Shown: in pieces, positions 50,353-62,313 of the stretch
Numbering within the stretch: position 1 is the first letter of the stretch
Layout of the letters: every line of letters starts with the position of its first letter
From: Camelus ferus
Taxonomy: Eukaryota
Length of the DNA stretch: 64,000 nucleotides
Assembly: GCF_009834535.1 (NCBI RefSeq)
Contig: NC_045696.1
Location: 116,314,001-116,378,000 of the forward strand
Reading direction: 5' to 3'
Translations under genes and position numbers: made by a program
The notes under the pieces: generated by a model
The model's input: the letters and a program-made list of their open reading frames with translations, nothing else
The model's database searches: none
What the model was told of the DNA's origin: nothing

Positions 50353-53127
50353 AGAGAGCTGGCAGCATTCCTCCCTCCACTGCACAGCCACGGGACCCGG
50401 GGCTGGTGAAGGGCACCGCGTCCCTGCCGCCTCCCAGCAAGAAAGCGGCGCGTCGTATTCAGATGCGGGTCCTGTGCTGCCCGGGTCCACGTTCCCAGCC
50501 ACCCCATGCCTTGCTCACTTCTCCACTCCACTGCATCCTGCTCACCCCAGCTGGGCTGGGCCCACTCCCCGCCCCACCCGCCCCAGCTTGGGATGGGTTT
50601 CTCTTTGCACGGACTTACTTGCATAGGTTCTCTCTCCGCACGGACTAACTGTGCCTGATTATTCACATTCATCTTTCTTTCCCTTTGTGTCTGTCTCCCC
50701 CTCGAGATGAGGGACTCCTGGTGGCTGTCACGCCCTTTGGTCACTCGCCACACACCGAGGACAGAGCTGGGCACAGGCACCTAGCCAGCACCAGCAGACA
50801 CCTTCCCTCAGAGGTGGGCTGAGTCAGGTGGTCCTGTGAGTGTGTGCTGGTCCTAGATGATGTGACTCACTTCGCTGTTTCAGAGGACACTGACCTTGGC
50901 CTCCCTGGCATCCTGCCAGCCAGTTTCAACACTAGCTCATTAGAGCAGAGGCAGGCTGGGGCGGTCGCCATCAGTCACTAGGACATTAGTCAGGTTGCAC
51001 CCCTGGACTTCTGGAATCTCCTGCACAACACCGAAGCTGGGCCGAGAGCTCGCAATGCACGGGGACCGCTTAGGATGGTGTAGAACTGATGGAGACGTCC
51101 CCAGTTGGGGGGTGGCCCACCCTGGGGTCACAGAAGAGGGGACCAAGAGCCCCTGCTGAGGTCAGGGGGTGTACCTTCCACGTGGATCACTGGAGATGTT
51201 ATTCACACTTTTTTCCAAAATAAATGCATTTGTCTCCTGATTAAAAAAATAATAAGCCCCGTGTCTGGGCCTCAGGGTACAAACAGAAGAACAAATTAAA
51301 TAAAGCCTAGTGGAGCTTTTGTTTAAGTGCACAGCAAAGCCACAAAAAATAGAAACTTGTTAGAAAACAGAACTTTACAGGCGATTGAATTTTTTTTTTC
51401 TCTTCTAGATCACCAACATAATCTGGATGTTTAGAATATATGGAGGGGCCTTTTCCCCCTCCATAACCCCACTGGTCTTCCAATACTCACAACCCCCTTG
51501 TGTGAATTTAAATTTGCTGAAGAGGAAATGGGGTCAGAGAAGTTCACCTCATCCACTCAGAGGAGAATCAAAAGCGGGTGTGGCTTCTCCTTGCTCCGTC
51601 TTGAGCTGAAGTCCAGGCCATCAGACAAACACCATGTGTCATCAGGTGCCCGTGAGCTGAGTGTCAGGAGACGCCATTCCAGCCCTGATGGGGGCCGCCC
51701 TGCTGCCGTCCGCACGGCTGTGGGCAAGTTGCTAAACCTCTCTGGGGCCCAGTTTCCTTGTCTTTAAAACAAAATTTCCTCTCCTCCAACCTCACGAAGG
51801 CTGTGAATGTGAAATCACCCATTCACTCAACTCTACCATGTGCGAGGTGTGGTCCGCGGACCGGGGATACGGAATGGACCAAACTCCTTGCTTCACAGAA
51901 CTTCTCTTGTCATAAAGGAAACTGACAGGAAATTTGAAAATAAATTGCAGTAAAAGAAAGCAAAACCAGGGAAGATGACAGACCGACGGGGGACGGTCAC
52001 TTTCACTGGGGCAAAGGGCCGGGCGGGGCTGGGTCGGGAAGGCTTTTCTCTGAGAACCTGGCATTTGAGAACAGACGGGAATGGGTTTTGACAACGAGCC
52101 ACACCAATACCCAGGGAAGAAAAGTGTGCAGTGCCGGGGGCACCACAGGCAATCAGATGCCAGCAAAGAAAGCAATTCAACATTATAAAGGATGCAATTC
52201 TATTTCAACTATAACCTGGCGATGAATTGTCATATGGAGTCTGGACAGGAGCTATCAGAGCAGAAACCTTCTAAAGCACCCCGTGGAAACAAATGTTAGG
52301 TGAATAAATAAAGGGCAGGGGTATAACAGGACCCCCCCCCATGCCCACACACACGCAAGTAAAATGGGTGAAGCTCCCATCGCCAGCTCCGTCAATCACA
52401 GGACCGATGGCTTTCTCAGTGAAGGGTCCACACGACTGCACTAAATAGTAAGCTTCTCTTATATATTTAATATGAGTTTTCAAGGATGAGTTGTCATGCA
52501 AAAACTGTAGGCTGCATAGTAATCTGTGTCCCTCACTGCCACTCCTAGGGAGAAGGTGGCCCATAGGGGCCTCAGCCCACAGTTGAAGAGATCGTGTGAA
52601 GACGAACCAGAGCATTCTTTGTCCCATGTCTCCATCCCCTGGGCCAATAACACAGAGGTGCCGGTGCGCACCTGGGCTTCACGTGCCAGCCTTCCAGGGA
52701 CCCCCCACAGCCCCCACCATGCACGGCTCTGCGTGGCTTACAGGACACACTGTATAACTCAAGTCATCTTCCAGAACCAAGGGAGGGTGCCAGCAGGACT
52801 TAGCATGAATATTTACCAGTGAGGGCTCACCGAGACAGACTCCGGGGAGAAGGAACCATGCAGGCTGGCCATTCCGTGGCTGTGACATCACAGGCCCCCA
52901 ACAGCCCACCTCTCCTCCATTCCAAACCTCCTCTACCAGCTCAGCCAGCACACCTCCTGGATTTCCTGCCCATGTGCCTGCACAGCACACCCGAAGATCA
53001 GATCTTCATCTTTTCTTTCAAAAGCCTAATTAACATTCATCTTAGAAGGGTGTCCACAACCAATGACTTCCATTCTGAAAATGGTTAACAATGTTGAATT
53101 TGTTGTTTTCGCTTAAAAACATGTGTC

Positions 53128-54620
53128 TTTACATGCACCCCAATGTTCACAGCAGCACTATTTACAACAGCCAAGACATGGAAGCAACCTAAGTGTCCAC
53201 TGATGGATGACTGGATAAAGAAGCTGTGGTATATTTATACAATGGAATACTACTCAGCCATTAAAAAAGAATAAAATAATACCATTTGCAGCAACATGGA
53301 TGGACCTGGAGAATGTCATTCTAAGTGAAGTAAGTCAGAAAGAGAAAGAAAGATACCATATGATATCACTTACATGTGAAATCTAAAAAAAAGGACACAA
53401 ATGAAGTTATCTACAAAACAGAAACAGACTCATAAACATAGAGAACAAACTTATGGTTACCAAGGGGTAACAGGGGCGGGAAGGGATAAATTGGGAGTTT
53501 GAAATTTGCATCTCTTGGGGAGTGATGGAGATGTTAGCTGTCTTGATTGTGGTGGTGGCTTCATGGGTGTAAACATCTACCAAAATTCATCAAATTGTAC
53601 ATTCAAAATATGTGTAGTTTATTGTACAGGAACTACACAACAATAAAGGTCTTTAAAAATGTGTGTTTACAAACTGCAGCTATCTGCAGCAATACACACG
53701 TGTAGCTCAGACACCACAGAGCGACAGAAACCAGAGGGAAAGGCGTTCATCCCATGTGACTGCATTTGTGTGACGTTTAAGAGAGGCAACACTAATCTCT
53801 AGTAATAAAGATCAGAATGAGGGTTACCAGGGGTGGGGAGGGGGCACAAGGAGGCCTGTGAGGTGCCAGAAACGCTCCATAGCTTTATCTGGATGGCCGT
53901 TGCAGGGATGTGTGCATATGTAAAAACTCATCCAAAATCATCATATGTACTGATGACATGAGCAATTTCCCATCTGCATAGTAAAATTAAAAGTTTAAAA
54001 AAATGACTTACATACACCTCAATGTTCATAGCAGCACTATTTACAATAACCAAGACATGGAAACAACCTAAATGTCCACCAACAGATGACTGGATAAAGA
54101 AGCTGTGGTGTATTTATGCAATGGAATACTACTCGGCCACAAAAAGGAATGAAATAATGTGATTTGAAGCAACATGGATGGACCTAGAGATGACCATATC
54201 AAGTTAAGTAAGTCAGACTGAGAAAGACAAGTATCATATGATATCACTTATATGTGGAATCTAATAAAAGATACAAATTTTCATTTATAAACCAGAAATA
54301 GACTCATGGACACAGAAAACAAACCATGGTTATCAAAGGGGAAAGAGGGGAGGGATAAATTAGGAGTTTGGAATTAACAGACAGACATTACTATATATAA
54401 CATAGATAAACAACAAGGACCCACTGTGTAGCACAGGGAACTATACTCAATTTCTTAGAATAACCTATAATGGGAAAGAATCTGAAAATATATGTGTGTG
54501 TATACATATACACATATATGTGTGTGTGTGTGTGTGTGTATCTGAATCACTTTGTTGTACACCTGAAACTAACATTGTAAATCAACTACACTTCAATAAA
54601 AAATAAAATTAAAAAAACAA
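53128..54620 (+). mobile_element. Cluster of L1 3' ends
   Basis: Two similar ORF2-tail copies (~53130-53510, ~54008-54618) flanking older L1 3' sequence; (TG)n at ~54518-54539. Confidence 0.82.
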
Positions 54621-56476
54621 CTCATCAATTAAAAGATTTTTTAAAAAGACTTTCCTCTGGATTGTGCTGAAAAACTGCTGGGTATGTAGTCTTACACAGA
54701 GCTGAGTGGGGACCCCTGAACATCCAGGAGGGCCCATTCCTTACATCTCTAGTACGTCTGGCACCTTGGACAGCCTGAGTAGGTATCTCTTTCATCTCCT
54801 TTCAGCAGGGAATTCTGTTGGGCCAGCACAGTGACCATCCGCAATTGTCAGCTTTAAAACAATCAGGGGCATGCATCTGTCTGTCCTGGGCCAGTCATAA
54901 AGCACACTTATTTTGTTTGCTTTATGGCCTGCACAGTTTTCAGTGAACTAGAAAAGCCTTTGAACATACCTCTCAATAGGAGCACCATAAACATCAAACG
55001 GGAGCAGAAGACTGCCTGAGACAAACGAGGTCCCCTCTGTGAAGCATCTGGAAGAGCGGCGTCCCTTCCACCCCATGGGAAAGTCCGGGAAGAGGGTGCC
55101 AACGGCGCACTGGGGACAGAGCCTCTGGGGGCACCTTCCGCCGAGTCAGCCCTGCAGCTGGAGGAAGCTGCTTAATTTAACTTCTCTGGGTCTCAGCTTC
55201 CTGCTAGGAAAATGACCTTCCTCACCTGTCTCTTACCCCAGGTAGAAGACTCAGATGACTGGTAGCAAAACACCGCAACAGAACTGCTGATGCCAGTGGA
55301 AAGCGTTTCAAACTAAAACCGCCGTCTGTGTGATGCCTGCATTCTAAGAACTCTCACATATGCCAGACGCGTTCATCTTCACAACACGTAGGGGAGGTGG
55401 GACCTTGCCTCCCACTTCCACAGTGAGGAAACTGGAAGACAAGGCAGTTCAGGGGCTGCCCGGGGGCACAGGGTGGTGGTGGGGGATGATCTTCCAGGGT
55501 TTTGTCCAGGTGCCAGGTGGTCAGCAGGCCTGCACTCATGCCATGGGTGGCAGGTGGCATCTGTTCGAATCAGATGAGGAGGAAACCATCACGAGCAGGA
55601 AACCATTGACACCATTCCTAAACTGCTGCCTTCCTCTGGCGGAGAAACAAACAACTCAAACAGAAGCCACCGAGCCTTGGAAATGCAAGTTTTATTGGCG
55701 CTGCCCTGAGTATCCAGAGCTTTCATCTGAGAAGCAGATGTTCTGACTGTTCCAAGGTACCTCTCACGAAACTGTATTTTACCCTCAATGTCCTCTATGA
55801 TGGGTCAGAGTTTTGGCTTTGCCTGATAGACACAATTAAATCCAGCCGGTGCAGACAGGTAACCAGGTTTAAATATACTGAGTGGTTAAAAAACAAACAA
55901 ACAAAAACAGCCACAACAACCAAAACCCACCAGCGCTGAATCACAAAATGCAATTTGCAAGCACAAGCTTCTCAAAACAAAACAGTGCTCTACAGATTCT
56001 GTGCTGTTTCCCCTATAAACTTGCTTTTCTCAATTACATCAAACTGCAAATTGCAGTCTGAAGGCTTGATTTCCATCTTCCTTGAAAGTTTAGGAGGAAA
56101 TAGAATTAAATTTGGTCATCTTTCTCTCAAGCTTTTTGTACCGTGCCTGCCAAACGAATCATTTTTCCTGTGTGCTTGGCTCCATGACACCACCTTTGAG
56201 AAGTTACCACACATGAAATCATTGTATGCAATAGATTTATGCAGCTAGAGTCTGATTTTTAAAAAACATTTTATCTACCCCCTTCTCCGTGTTAAGCTTT
56301 GCTGTAACAATACTACTTATATCAAAGAGTTTCCAAAAAGATACTTTTAATTGGTTTCTATTTGCAAACCAATAATCAGTTGATACAAACTATCACCGTA
56401 AAAGTGCCCAAGGTGGTGGGGGTGGGAACGACCAGTCTTTGGTGGGGATGGAAGTTATAAAACTGGACTGCGATGA

Positions 56477-56570
56477 GGGGAGGGTAGAGCTCAGTGGTAG
56501 AGTGTGTGCCTAGCAGGCATGAGGTCTTTGGTTCAATCCCCAGGACTTTAAAAAAAAAAAAAAAAGGAAG
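56477..56570 (+). mobile_element. tRNA-Ala-derived SINE
   Basis: Head, poly(A), TSD AACTGGACTG. Confidence 0.85.
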
Positions 56571-56794
56571 AAGAACTGGACTGTGGTTATGAACTGATAC
56601 ATTTACTCAACAGCACCTGACTGCACACTTACAGTGAGTTTGATGATCTATCCATTTTACCATAATAAAGGTTTTTAAAAACAAAGCAAGATTTTTCAGC
56701 TTTGGAGAGTTATTCAAACTAACAGGAAAAGCATTCATTTTTCCTATGCTGGAATGTATTTACGGTATTATGGGGCAATACGACTTTCCTCTAG

Positions 56795-57022
56795 GGCAGT
56801 TTCTCAGCTTCGGCACTATTGTCTTCTGGGGCCAGATGATTCTTTGTTGTGTGGGGCTGTCCTGTGCACGGGGGTGGAGGGGGCGGTTTTAGCAGCATCC
56901 CTGGCTTCTATTCACTAGTTGCCGGTAGCACCCCCTCCCCCCAATTACAATGTCCAAGAATGTCTTCAGACATTGCCAAATATCCCCTGGGGGGCAAAAC
57001 AGCTCCTGAGTAAGAGCCACTG
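56795..57022 (+). mobile_element. MER20
   Basis: GGCACTATTG...GGGCCAGATGATTCTTTGTTGT...CAGACATTGCCAAAT..CCCCTGGGGG. Confidence 0.85.
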
Positions 57023-57251
57023 CTCTTCCCGCTGCTAATAGTTGAAAAGTAATCTGCTCTCCCCGGAGGAGAGACTGACAAATACAAACAAAGGCGTTCG
57101 GGACTCTCCCTCACTTTAAGGCTTGTTTGGGTGCCCCATCCACCAGCCTCCGGCCAAGGGCGGTCACTTTTCCTCTTGCATTGGTGCCTCTGCCACTGCT
57201 CTGCATATTCTACAGCCACGTGTCACTTTGAGATTATAAACCATTATTTTT

Positions 57252-57638
57252 TTTAATTCTTACATTTTATTGAAGTGTAGCCGATTTACAATGTTAGTTT
57301 CAGGTGTACAGCAAACTGATTGTTATACATGCACATACATATATATAGATATGTTTCTTCAGATCCTTTTCCATTACAGCTCATTACAAGAAATTGAATA
57401 TAGTTTCCTGTATCTATATATATACAAATATGTATGTATAATTTTCCAGATTCTTTTCCACTAGAGTTTATAACCAGTTATTGGATATAGTTCCCTGTGC
57501 TCTATAATAGGTCCTTGTTGTTTATCTGTTTTATATATAGGAATGTGTATCTGTTAATCCCAAACTCCTAATCTATCCCTCCCTCACCTTTCCCCCCAGT
57601 AACTACAGTTTGTTTTCTTGTGTCTGTGAGTCTATCTC
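57252..57638 (-). mobile_element. L1 3' UTR insertion with internal ~95-nt duplication
   Basis: TSD TAAACCATTATTTT, L1 3' motifs. Confidence 0.82.
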
Positions 57639-58094
57639 TAAACCATTATTTTCTAAATAATTGTGTAGCCCTTTGCCCTTTTCAGTCTCTAAGGATGGCA
57701 CTCAGCCCAGAATCGAAGCAACCGGGTTCCCCATGGATGCTCTGTGGCCCCTGACTCTGACAGACAAGTAGAGCATCAGGCAATTTCGTTTCACCAGCAT
57801 CCACCCCACACTTTCAGGTTCCAGGAACTCTAAGGGGACCTTTTCTCTTTTAACGTCAAGGGTGAAGTTACAGTCTCTATCTCAGAGATAAAGTAGTCAA
57901 GGCTCAGAGGAAAAACTAAGTGATTTCCGCCCCGGGTCACGCAGGTGGCAGAGCTGGAATTGGAGACTAAGCTCTGTGTCCTTTCCTGACATCCACGTTG
58001 ACAGTGCATCCCCTTCTCTGAGCTGCTGGGAGGACTTGCCAGGGACCAGACACCCCGCTGGATGCCTTGTACACAGGCACCCATTTAAAATCCT

Positions 58095-58225
58095 CACCAT
58101 TAAGCTGGAGGCGGCAGGGGGCGGCATCAGTCCTACTTTACAGACAAGGAAATGGAGGCTGAGGTAAAGTCCTTGTCCAAGGTCACACAGCTGAACCTGA
58201 ATATGAACTCAGGTTAGTCCAGATT
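58095..58225 (-). mobile_element. MIR
   Basis: TTTACAGACAAGGAAATGGAGGCT...CTTGTCCAAGGTCACACAGCT. Confidence 0.7.
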
Positions 58226-58589
58226 CAGAAGGGGCCGCTACTCCCCGACTCATGTAGAAATGGCCTATTTCACTAGGAAGAGTCAGTCAATGGTTTAGTG
58301 CAAGGAGATACAAATTTAGGCTACTCATAACTCACTCGGGGCTCCTTTTATAACACTAAAACTCCAGTCCCGGGCACATCTGCATGAGACCTGGAAATGC
58401 CCTGTGTGGAAAAATAAACCCCTCTGCCCAGTTGTCAAGAAGTGGTCAGGCTACAATTTCACTACTGCTATTCTGACAGTTAATCATTTTCTTCAGTGTT
58501 CTCTTCTCTAGTTCACCCATCCAGTCAGTAACCACAGTACCTAGAACCAACTCAGAGTGACAAATGCATATCAAATAATCACACAATTA

Positions 58590-58950
58590 AAAATCATGAT
58601 AAAAGCACCAAGAATAAAAAGCAGATACAGAGAGGTTCAGGGAATTTATCATGGGAAAGCTGGCCAGGGCTGTAGAGGAAATGCAAGGAGTCTGAGATTT
58701 GCAGGAAGATCTGAGTTCATTTGAAAGTGAAGTGAGAGCTTTTAGTCCTAGTGAATATGCAAAGTGTATGTGCAAAGTCCCTGAGGTAGAAGGGAACCAA
58801 GCATGCAAGGCCCTGAAAAGGGGCCAGAGACAGCAGTGGTCAGGCCACGCAGGGACTTGTGGACCCCTGTAAAGAAAACTGAAGGGTCCCAAGCAGGGGC
58901 CTAACACCGTCAGATCCACATTTTTAATGACCACTCTGGCTGTGTCGCAG
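58590..58950 (-). mobile_element. L2 fragment
   Basis: GTGCAAAGTCCCTGAGGTAG, TTTTAATGACCACTCTGGCTG. Confidence 0.55.
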
Positions 58951-60262
58951 GAACAAAGTGACACTGAAGCAACCTTTGCCAGAACAGAGTTCAAAGAGCT
59001 CTACCTGGGATCCTGCAAAACAAGTTTGTTTGTTTCTTTTTTTTTTTTTTTTAACTTCTCTCCGGGGCGTGGCGCACCACCCAGGCTGTGAACTGGCTCC
59101 CTTCTTGTTCTGTTTCGTTTGTGAAGTTGAAAGGCCTTTTTTCAGGTCTGGGACCTGTTTTCTCTCAATCGCCCCCAGTAAAGTACCTCGACTCTTTCCT
59201 CGCTCCGTAACCTTGCTGTGCTCTCCAACTGGCCGAGTGGCCAGTCAGTGACAAAAGGCAGAGGCATCTGTCCTTCTGGGCTTTCTTACGTGAAGGGGAG
59301 AGACGAGCTGAGAAGGAAACACAGATTCTGCTCTCCTGCACCTGCTCATACTCAATCAAGTATAGCCCCCCCCAAAAAAAAAAAAAAAAAGCAAATCTGA
59401 GATATTGTTAAGATTCCTGGATTCCTCTGGGTCACACCACACACACACACACACACCACCACCATCCTAGTGGCCTCAGCCAATGGACTCTAGCTCCTGC
59501 TGGCGCAGCTCCAAGCTTTCATAACTGCTTTCAGTTTCTCCACCACAAGGAGCTCCAGCTCACCCCACCCTGCATGGCTGAGAATCCTTAGCACCCACTG
59601 ACACTTCCTCCAGGAAGCCATTCCTCCCTCAACCCGTGCTCCAGCCCATGAATGCCCTGTCCTGAGTTCCAAAACCACACTAAGAAAGCAGTCTCTTTGA
59701 ACTTCATTGTGACCGGTTCACTGCCCACCTCCCCAGGCCTTCAACACATGCATGCAAGTGCATGCACACCTGTGGTCAGTAGCCCCAGAGGGACAGATTC
59801 TGGGCATCACAGCCCCAGCACCCAGCACGGTGCCTGGTACCCAGTTGGGACCCCTCTAAGTACTTACTGAATGAATGAGGAAATAGAAACTGACACTTTC
59901 AGAGTCTCCCGGGTCAGGAAGACGGACCTTTAATAAGGGAGTCACAGACTTTACAAAAGGTGCTACATTTCCCTAGTGGAAATTTGAAAGGATCAGAAAT
60001 ATCAATTCAGGGCACAAACGCTCATGGAAAGTTTCAGATAGGACCAAAACTTCAGGGAAGTTTTCACACCTTAAGGCAGCAACAGGCAGCAAGGAGAAAA
60101 GCTGTTTATGATGGGGACCCAATGCAAAGCGCTAGGTTAGAAGCACAATCCCCACTTTATTTTTTCATTCTTTCTTCAGAAACAGCAACTGGATGGCAAA
60201 GTTTCAGTTTTCTTGGTGGAATTCAAAGGAGCCTTAACGCTATATCGTCCACATCTGAACAA

Positions 60263-60425
60263 GGGTCTTGCAACTTAGAGTGTGGTCAATGGACTAGCAT
60301 CACACCACCTGAGAGTTAGTTAGAAATGCAGAATCTCAGCCCCCTCCCAGACCTACTGGTTCGGAATCAGCATTTAACCAGCTCCCCAGATGATTCCCAA
60401 ACACGTGAAAGTTTGAGAAGCACTG
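60263..60425 (+). mobile_element. MER5A
   Basis: GTTAGAAATGCAGAATCTCAG.CCCC..CCCAGACCTACTG...AAGTTTGAGAAGCACTG. Confidence 0.85.
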
Positions 60426-61669
60426 GGCTAGATCCTACGTTCATTCCACAAATGTCTGTTGAGCCAGTGCAGGATAGAGAGTAGGTGTTCCACAGACACA
60501 AGAGGATGTGAATGGGGTGGGAAAAGGTTAAGTACAGACATTCCACTGCGGTTGAGAAGCTCACGTAAATACTAAAAACAGCATCACCGGGGAGAGAGGT
60601 TCTAGCAGGATTAATCATCTTTACACCAAAATTCAGACGTGGCCAACTGCAGCTGGGTTGTGGGAATCTGGAATCTGGGAACTTGACCCTGTTTGCGGCA
60701 GGCGGGCGGGAGGAACACAGGGGAGGGTGTGAGTGTGTGAGTGTGTCTCTTCCCCGCCTCAGCCACAGGCCGCAGGAGCTGACAAGGCCAAGTCCCCGCC
60801 CCCCTCAGCTGTCACCCTGTCAAAACAAAGCCGCTGCTGACAGCGCAGGGCCAGCCTGCCCCGCGGCCTCGGGCAATCCTCCCACCCCGGCAGCACGGTG
60901 CCCACATCTGGAGCTGCAGCTGAGAGGCGACGGGGTGCCCAGAACTGGGATGGAGAGGGGATGGCAAGAAACCAGTGTCCTCAAACTGAGCAGGAGTGCC
61001 CGCCGCGCTGGGCTGTCACCTTGCCAAATCCTGTTTACACCCCGAGAGGCTGGGACAGCGTTGTAACTAAACAAGTAATAATACAATAATGACGGGGCCG
61101 TCACCGCGCGCCGAAACGCCTCCGCCCACAGACGAGGGCGCCCGGAGCTCCAGGACCCTTGCTTCGGGCTGCGCCCACCCTCCCACCCGGCGCGCTCCGC
61201 CCCCTCGCGCTCCCAAAGCGCCGGGAGTCCGGGATCCTAGTCCAGCCTCGCTCCTTCCAGATCTGCCCAATGGATCACCGGGAGAGGAGGGCGGAAAGGG
61301 GGCGCTGAGGTCCCCCAAAAGACGTTTCCTTGGCCCTGAGGCGCTCGCCACTCAGTGAGCCCAGCTCTGCTCCCTGGAAGGCGCCTCTGGCGAGCTCCTA
61401 CAGAGCAACAAAGCCCCAGGGCAGCCTAGGAGCGCGGACGCAGAGGCAACTCCTTCCAAGGAGGAGGAATGAAAGGCTCTCGGTCCTGGCGATCCCTTCT
61501 TCCCACCCGGCAGGACTCTGGTCTGAGAGCAGCTAATTGGGCGCGGGCGACAGCGGCACTTCCGCGGTGCCTGGGCCCCGGGCGGGAGGCGGGGGCGGAA
61601 GGGGGAGGGGGCGGGGGTCCCGCGGGCCGGGCCGCGGTCCCCCGGGCGGTCCGGGCGCCGAGCGCGTAC

Positions 61670-61963
61670 CTTGCAGGCAGAGTACACTCCGAGTTTCTCC
61701 AGTTTCTTGGCCCGCGGAGCGGAGCGCAGCTGCGCCTTCTTCACGGCGATCCGGGCCGAGCCGCCGCCTCCCGGTCCTTCGGCCGTGCCCGCCGCCGCCA
61801 CCGCCGTAGCCGGTCCGCAGGCGCCCGAGCCCCCGGCGGCCGCGGCGCCCGGGGAGCCCTGCGGGGGCGCGGGCGGCGGCGCGGGGGGCGGTGGGGGCAG
61901 CGCCCCGAGCCCGGCCCCCGCGCCGCCGCCGCCGCCCGGCCCGGCCCCGCCAGCCTCGGACAT
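61670..61963 (-). CDS. KAT2B: KAT2B (PCAF) coding exon 1, 294 nt: MSEAGGAGPG...AKKLEKLGVYSACK
   Basis: Matches the PCAF N-terminus. ATG at 61963 in GGCGGCATGT context, in-frame upstream TGA at 61997-61999, donor AAG|GTACGC, phase 0. Confidence 0.97.
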
Positions 61964-62170
61964 GCCGCCCCGGAGCACGGCAGGAGGCGCCGAGTGTCAG
62001 GCGCCGCGGCCGCCGCCAGGGTCTCCCTCTCGGGCTCTGGTCGCCGGGAGCGCGAGACCCTCCCCCCGCGCCCTCCCGCCCCTGCGCCCACCCCCCTCCC
62101 CGCCCCCGCCCTCCCCCGCGCGCCGACCGCCCGCCCGCCCGGCTCGCTCCGGCCGCGGCCCGCGCGCTGA

Positions 62171-62198
62171 CGGCGGCGGCGGCGGCGGCGGCGGCGGC
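62171..62198. repeat. (CGG)9 trinucleotide repeat in 5' leader
   Basis: Nine uninterrupted CGG units read directly. Confidence 0.9.
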
Positions 62199-62223
62199 AG
62201 CTGCTCCCCCAGGAGGGAGGGGA

Positions 62224-62313
62224 CTAGCGGCTCCGCGGCCGCCGCCGCCACGGCACCCGCCCTCCCCGGGCTCTGCTCCCCGGGGCCCCTCTCCGCGCCC
62301 GGGCCGCGGACAT
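62224..62313 (-). other. Candidate upstream ORF, 29 aa: MSAARARRGAPGSRARGGRVPWRRRPRSR*
   Basis: Only minus-strand ATG between the main start and ~62600. A at -3, TAG at 62224-62226, out of frame with the CDS. Confidence 0.6.

Noticed and set aside
50819..50870. Paired AP-1 heptamers
   Set aside because: TGA[C/G]TCA occurs many times across the window, and there is no further support for this pair.
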